Position numbers and translations under genes: made by a program
From: Macrostomum lignano
Lineage: Eukaryota
NCBI GenBank assembly: GCA_002269645.1
Contig: NIVC01001735.1
Coordinates: 62,001 to 126,000 of the forward strand
Direction of reading: 5' to 3'
DNA length: 64,000 bases
Notes under the pieces: generated by a model
What the model saw: only the letters and a program-made list of their open reading frames with translations
Databases searched by the model: none
What the model was told of the DNA's origin: nothing
Part shown: piece after piece, positions 59,936-64,000 of the stretch
How positions within the stretch are numbered: the first letter of the stretch is position 1
Layout: every line of letters begins with the position of its first letter

Positions 59936-62185
59936 ATGGGTTCTAGTGGGAACATAGCGACAGCGCATCTGAACGATCCGGATGTTGACGATGAGCGAGC
60001 GTCTCTTGAAGCAGCGGCCGCTTCAACGGCAGTGGCAGGCGACGGAGGGCAGCGGTACCGCGGCAAGCCTCTGACAGTAAAAGACGTGCTTTCCTGGCGC
60101 CGCCTGCAGCTGAGCCGGGCAAAGCTGAAAGCCAGTAGCCGTACATCCGCTCTTCTATCCGGCTTCGCCATTGTCGCCATGGTTGAGCTGGAGATCTCGT
60201 CCGGCAACAGTTCCTCGACCTCGTCGTCGCCGGCAGCGGCGGTGCCCAGCTGGCTGCTGGTGCTGTTCGCCAGCTCTGCCGCGCTGCTAATTGCCGTCCA
60301 CATGCTGGCCTTGATGATCAGCACCTGCCTGCTGCCCAATCTGGAGAGCGTCAGCGAGAACGATGCCAGGTACATTGTGCTTGTTGACCTTTATTGTTCG
60401 ATTCTTTATCTGGGAATGTCAATGGTGATGCCGTCAGCATTTAAGTGCTGGGGACATTTGACTGTCAGTGACATTTGACTGCCAGTGACATTTGATTATC
60501 AGTGACATTCGACTGCCAGTGACATTTTACTGCCAGTGACATTTGACTGCCAGTGACATTTGACTGTCAGTGACATTTGACTGCCAGTGACATTTGACTG
60601 CCAGTGACATTTGACTACCAGTGACATTTGATTGTCAGTGACATTTGACTGCCAGTGACATTTGACTGTCAGTGACATTTGACTGCCAGTGACATTTGAT
60701 TGTCAGTGACATATAACTGCCAGTGAAATTTGACTACCAGTGACATTTGATTGTCAGTGACATTTGACTGCCAGTGACATTTGACTGTCAGTGACATTTG
60801 ACTGCCAGTGACATTTGACTGCCAGTGACATTCGACTGCCAGTGACATTTGACTGCCAGTGACATTTGACTGCCAGTGACATTTGACTGTCAGTGAAATT
60901 TGACTGCCAGTGACATTTGATTGTCAGTGACATTTGACTGCCAGTGACATTTGATTGTCAGTGACATATAACTGCCAGTGAAATATGACTACCAGTGACA
61001 TTTTTGACTGTCAGTGACATTTGACTGTCAGTAACATATAACTGCCAGTGAAATTTGACTACCAGTGACATTTTTGACTGTCAGTGACATTTGACTGTCA
61101 GTAACATATAACTGCCAGTGACATTTGACTACCAGTGACATATAACTGTCGGTGACATTTGACTGTCAGTGAGATATAACTGCCAGTGACATTTGACTGT
61201 CAGTGACATTTGACTACCAGTGACATTTGACTACCAGTGACATTTGACTGCCAGTGACATTTGACTGCCAGTGACATTTGACTGCCAGTGACATTTGACT
61301 GCCAGTGACATTTGACTACCAGTGACATTTGACTACCAGTGACATTTGACTACCAGTGACATTTTTGACTGTCAGTGACATTTGACTGTCAGTAACATAT
61401 AACTGCCAGTGACATTTGACTACCAGTGACATATAACTGTCGGTGACATTTGACTGTCAGTGAGATATAACTACCAGTGACATTTGACTGTCAGTGACAT
61501 TTGACTACCAGTGACATTTGACTACCAGTGACATTTGACTACCAGTGACATTTGACTACCAGTGACATTTGACTGTCAGTGACATTTGACTACCAGTGAC
61601 ATTTGACTACCAGTGACATTTGACTGTCAACAGCGATTCCAACTGGACTCTGAAACAAGTCCTGCGCAGTGAGCCAAATTCCGCAGAGATCGACATTCCC
61701 ATACTTTATAGAATTGCCTATGACAAAACAGCAAAAAGACAATACTCGTATCTTCTTACTTTTAGAAAATTAGCATGCATATATATTTTACATTTGTGGT
61801 ATGTCATCCGTTTACCCCTGAGCTGCTCCGCATCTCCCATCAACCCCCGTCCCTGCCTTGCAGAACCATTCGAGCATCGCCGCACGACAAAATGCGCTTC
61901 TACATCGAGACATCCTGGATATTCAGCACCGGCTTAGGCATCCTGCTATTCCTAGTTGTTGTGGTGCTGCAGACCTGGGTGAAGTTCTACGCCGTCTCCA
62001 AGACGGCAGCCATCGCGGCCACCGCCATCATCGCGCCCGTAGTGGTGGTGTTTGTCGTGTTCGCCCTGGTGTTCTATCACCAGCTGACTCTGCACAAGTT
62101 CCGGCGCGCCGCACTCATGGTCGAGCGGCTCCAGCTGGATTTGCGCGCTTTTAGCGCCGCCGGCGACGACGTGAAGATGGTGTGA
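59936..62185 (+). CDS. ORAI: Orai/CRAC channel pore subunit; exons 59936-60369 and 61864-62185 (251 aa)
   Basis: [70 protein letters not shown] and TM4 [11 protein letters not shown]; phase-2 GT-AG junction in frame. Confidence 0.96.
60452..61630. repeat. 17-bp minisatellite (cagtgacatttgactgc)n filling most of the Orai intron
   Basis: About 68 units with variant blocks. Confidence 0.96.
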
Positions 62186-63777
62186 CGCAATCAGTGTACT
62201 TTTATAACTGTGTGTCACGTGATCAGTGCAGAGTTGCTCAAATGGATAGCTAAAGTACAAGGGGCGCTATCGAAACAAATTAACAATTTTCAAATCAATC
62301 AATTCACAATATCTCTCATGCTGGACTCTCGAATAGCAAACAAAGTGAGCATTTGTTTTGCCGGAGGCTTCTCAAACTTTTTAGTAGCGGGCGGAGCAGC
62401 TCAGCAGTTACAGAGTCCGACTCTCGTGTCGCGACCCCTGGTCTTTTAGTTGTCCATCTTGTACGCCTTACTTATCGTATTGTGTAAATTTTTTTAACGG
62501 AACAAGCATTCTGAAACTATTCACGTGCAATTGTCATTTATTCTGTGTTCATTCCAATTCCATTGAAGCAAATGGCACCAGTAATAAATAAACTGGAACG
62601 TCTTCCCAAGCACAATTATTTTTATAAAGTATATTATCGGTTGAGATCAACAGGCCACCAAGTTGGCACAGCAGTTTTACTACTACATGCATTTGATTTT
62701 AAAGCATTAGAAATTATAATATAAATAAATATGCACATATATTATAGTGAACTCTGGCAGCTACAAGGCGTATAAAGGAGCGCAGAAGTAGCGCATTCAA
62801 TCATTCATTAATTAATAGTCATGTGCGCAATAGTTATGTTTATAGACTCTAATGAATAATATCTCCGGGAGTTACTGGGAGCGAATGCAGACTTACAATA
62901 GCTTATTTATTATAAAACCATTTATTTAAGCGCGTTACTAAGGCGCATCATCACAAACAGCTATAGAATATAAAACAAAACAGTCCGTCATAAATAAGAA
63001 ATCAAAATAGTGCTGTTCACTACTGTACAACGCGCATGAAATTATGATTTATATAATAATTTTCATGCTCTGAACTCTTAAAATTAATCATTTGCTACTG
63101 TTAAACCGATTGCAATAACCGATAGAATAAGAAATGCAATGAAAAATAATTCAGCAACTATTGATGATAAATTAATCGAATAACCTGTTCAAGAAGGTCC
63201 AAGTATAGGAGTCCATGGCTACACTATACTATGTCAACCCGTTTCCAGTCCAAGTAGGTTCATCAGTCCATGGCTACACTATAGCAGCCAGTTTCCAGTC
63301 CAAAGAGGTTCAGGAGTCCATGTCCATGAAAAATTATACATGTACTAAAGAATAAAAAAATCAACGGCCTGAGAATCAAGGACCAGCAGCAGGAAGAGGA
63401 TGTCGTGTAATTCAATATTTACAAGAAAATCAAATTGGCAATGCGTATTTTTAATCCAAAATTGGCACAAAATAAGCGCGCTACATCCTCATAAACTAAC
63501 TAGTGGTCCTTGATGCAAATAGACACGAATCTGAAATCTGATTATACTGAAACAGACAGCATGCTGTCCTATTAAAACAAAAGTCAAAGCATGCAAACTG
63601 CTTCATTTTGTTAATCAAATAAACTTAGTAAAGAAATTTACGCGAGGCGAGTACAAGGCAGGAGTGAAACAAAATAACTTAGCTACAAACAGCGATTAGC
63701 TACGTGTGAATAGAAATTGATAACCCGGACTAGATAAAGCCTAGTGAACCACTAATTTTAACACTCATAACATAACA

Positions 63778-64000
63778 CTCACAGTGGGACCGGAAGTGGC
63801 AGTCACAAAGAGGGAGAGTAGCGGCTCACAGTGGGACCGGAAGTGGCAGTCACGAAGGGGGAGAATAGCGGCTCACAGTGAGACCGGAACTGGCAGTCAC
63901 GAACGGGGAGTAGCAGCTCAGAGTGGGACCGGAAGTGGCAGTCACGAAGGGGAGAGTAGCGGCTCACAGTGGGACCGAAAGTGGCAGTCGCGAAGGGGGA
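63778..64000. repeat. 47-bp minisatellite (cacagtgggaccggaagtggcagtcacRaagggggagagtagcggct)n, runs off window
   Basis: At least 4.5 units. Confidence 0.9.

Overview
Eukaryotic (metazoan) genomic DNA: GC-rich spliced genes sit among AT-rich, transposon-littered spacers, and most long introns contain a minisatellite. The style (poly-Q/poly-A coding tracts, CORE-type SINE, repeat-filled introns) fits a free-living flatworm such as Macrostomum; this is inference. Genes I could rebuild by hand from splice sites and family motifs: PDCD6/ALG-2 (minus, runs off the left edge), a C2H2 zinc-finger gene (minus), TSC1/hamartin (6 exons), tRNA-Pro(CGG), two LicD/fukutin-family paralogues (one 3-exon copy with a 1-nt frameshift, one intronless), a MARCH-like RING-CH E3 ligase (minus), a decayed SLC20A/PiT transporter, an 8-exon NEK-family kinase and an Orai channel. 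Mobile DNA: a CORE-SINE, the 5' half of an APE-type LINE, RTE and gypsy remnants, a dead mariner, a foldback element with a 9-bp TSD, a 4.85-kb element with identical ~525-bp inverted arms and an 8-bp TSD, and several MITEs. The most striking observations: (i) a ~175-bp hairpin MITE present three times in two flip/flop isomers, (ii) perfectly homogenised long TIRs around a decayed interior, (iii) intron- and stop-codon-anchored minisatellites throughout, and (iv) non-canonical key residues in Orai (TM3 Glu lost) and the RING-CH protein (all-Cys RING, Cys8 tail). All coordinates and alignments were done by eye.
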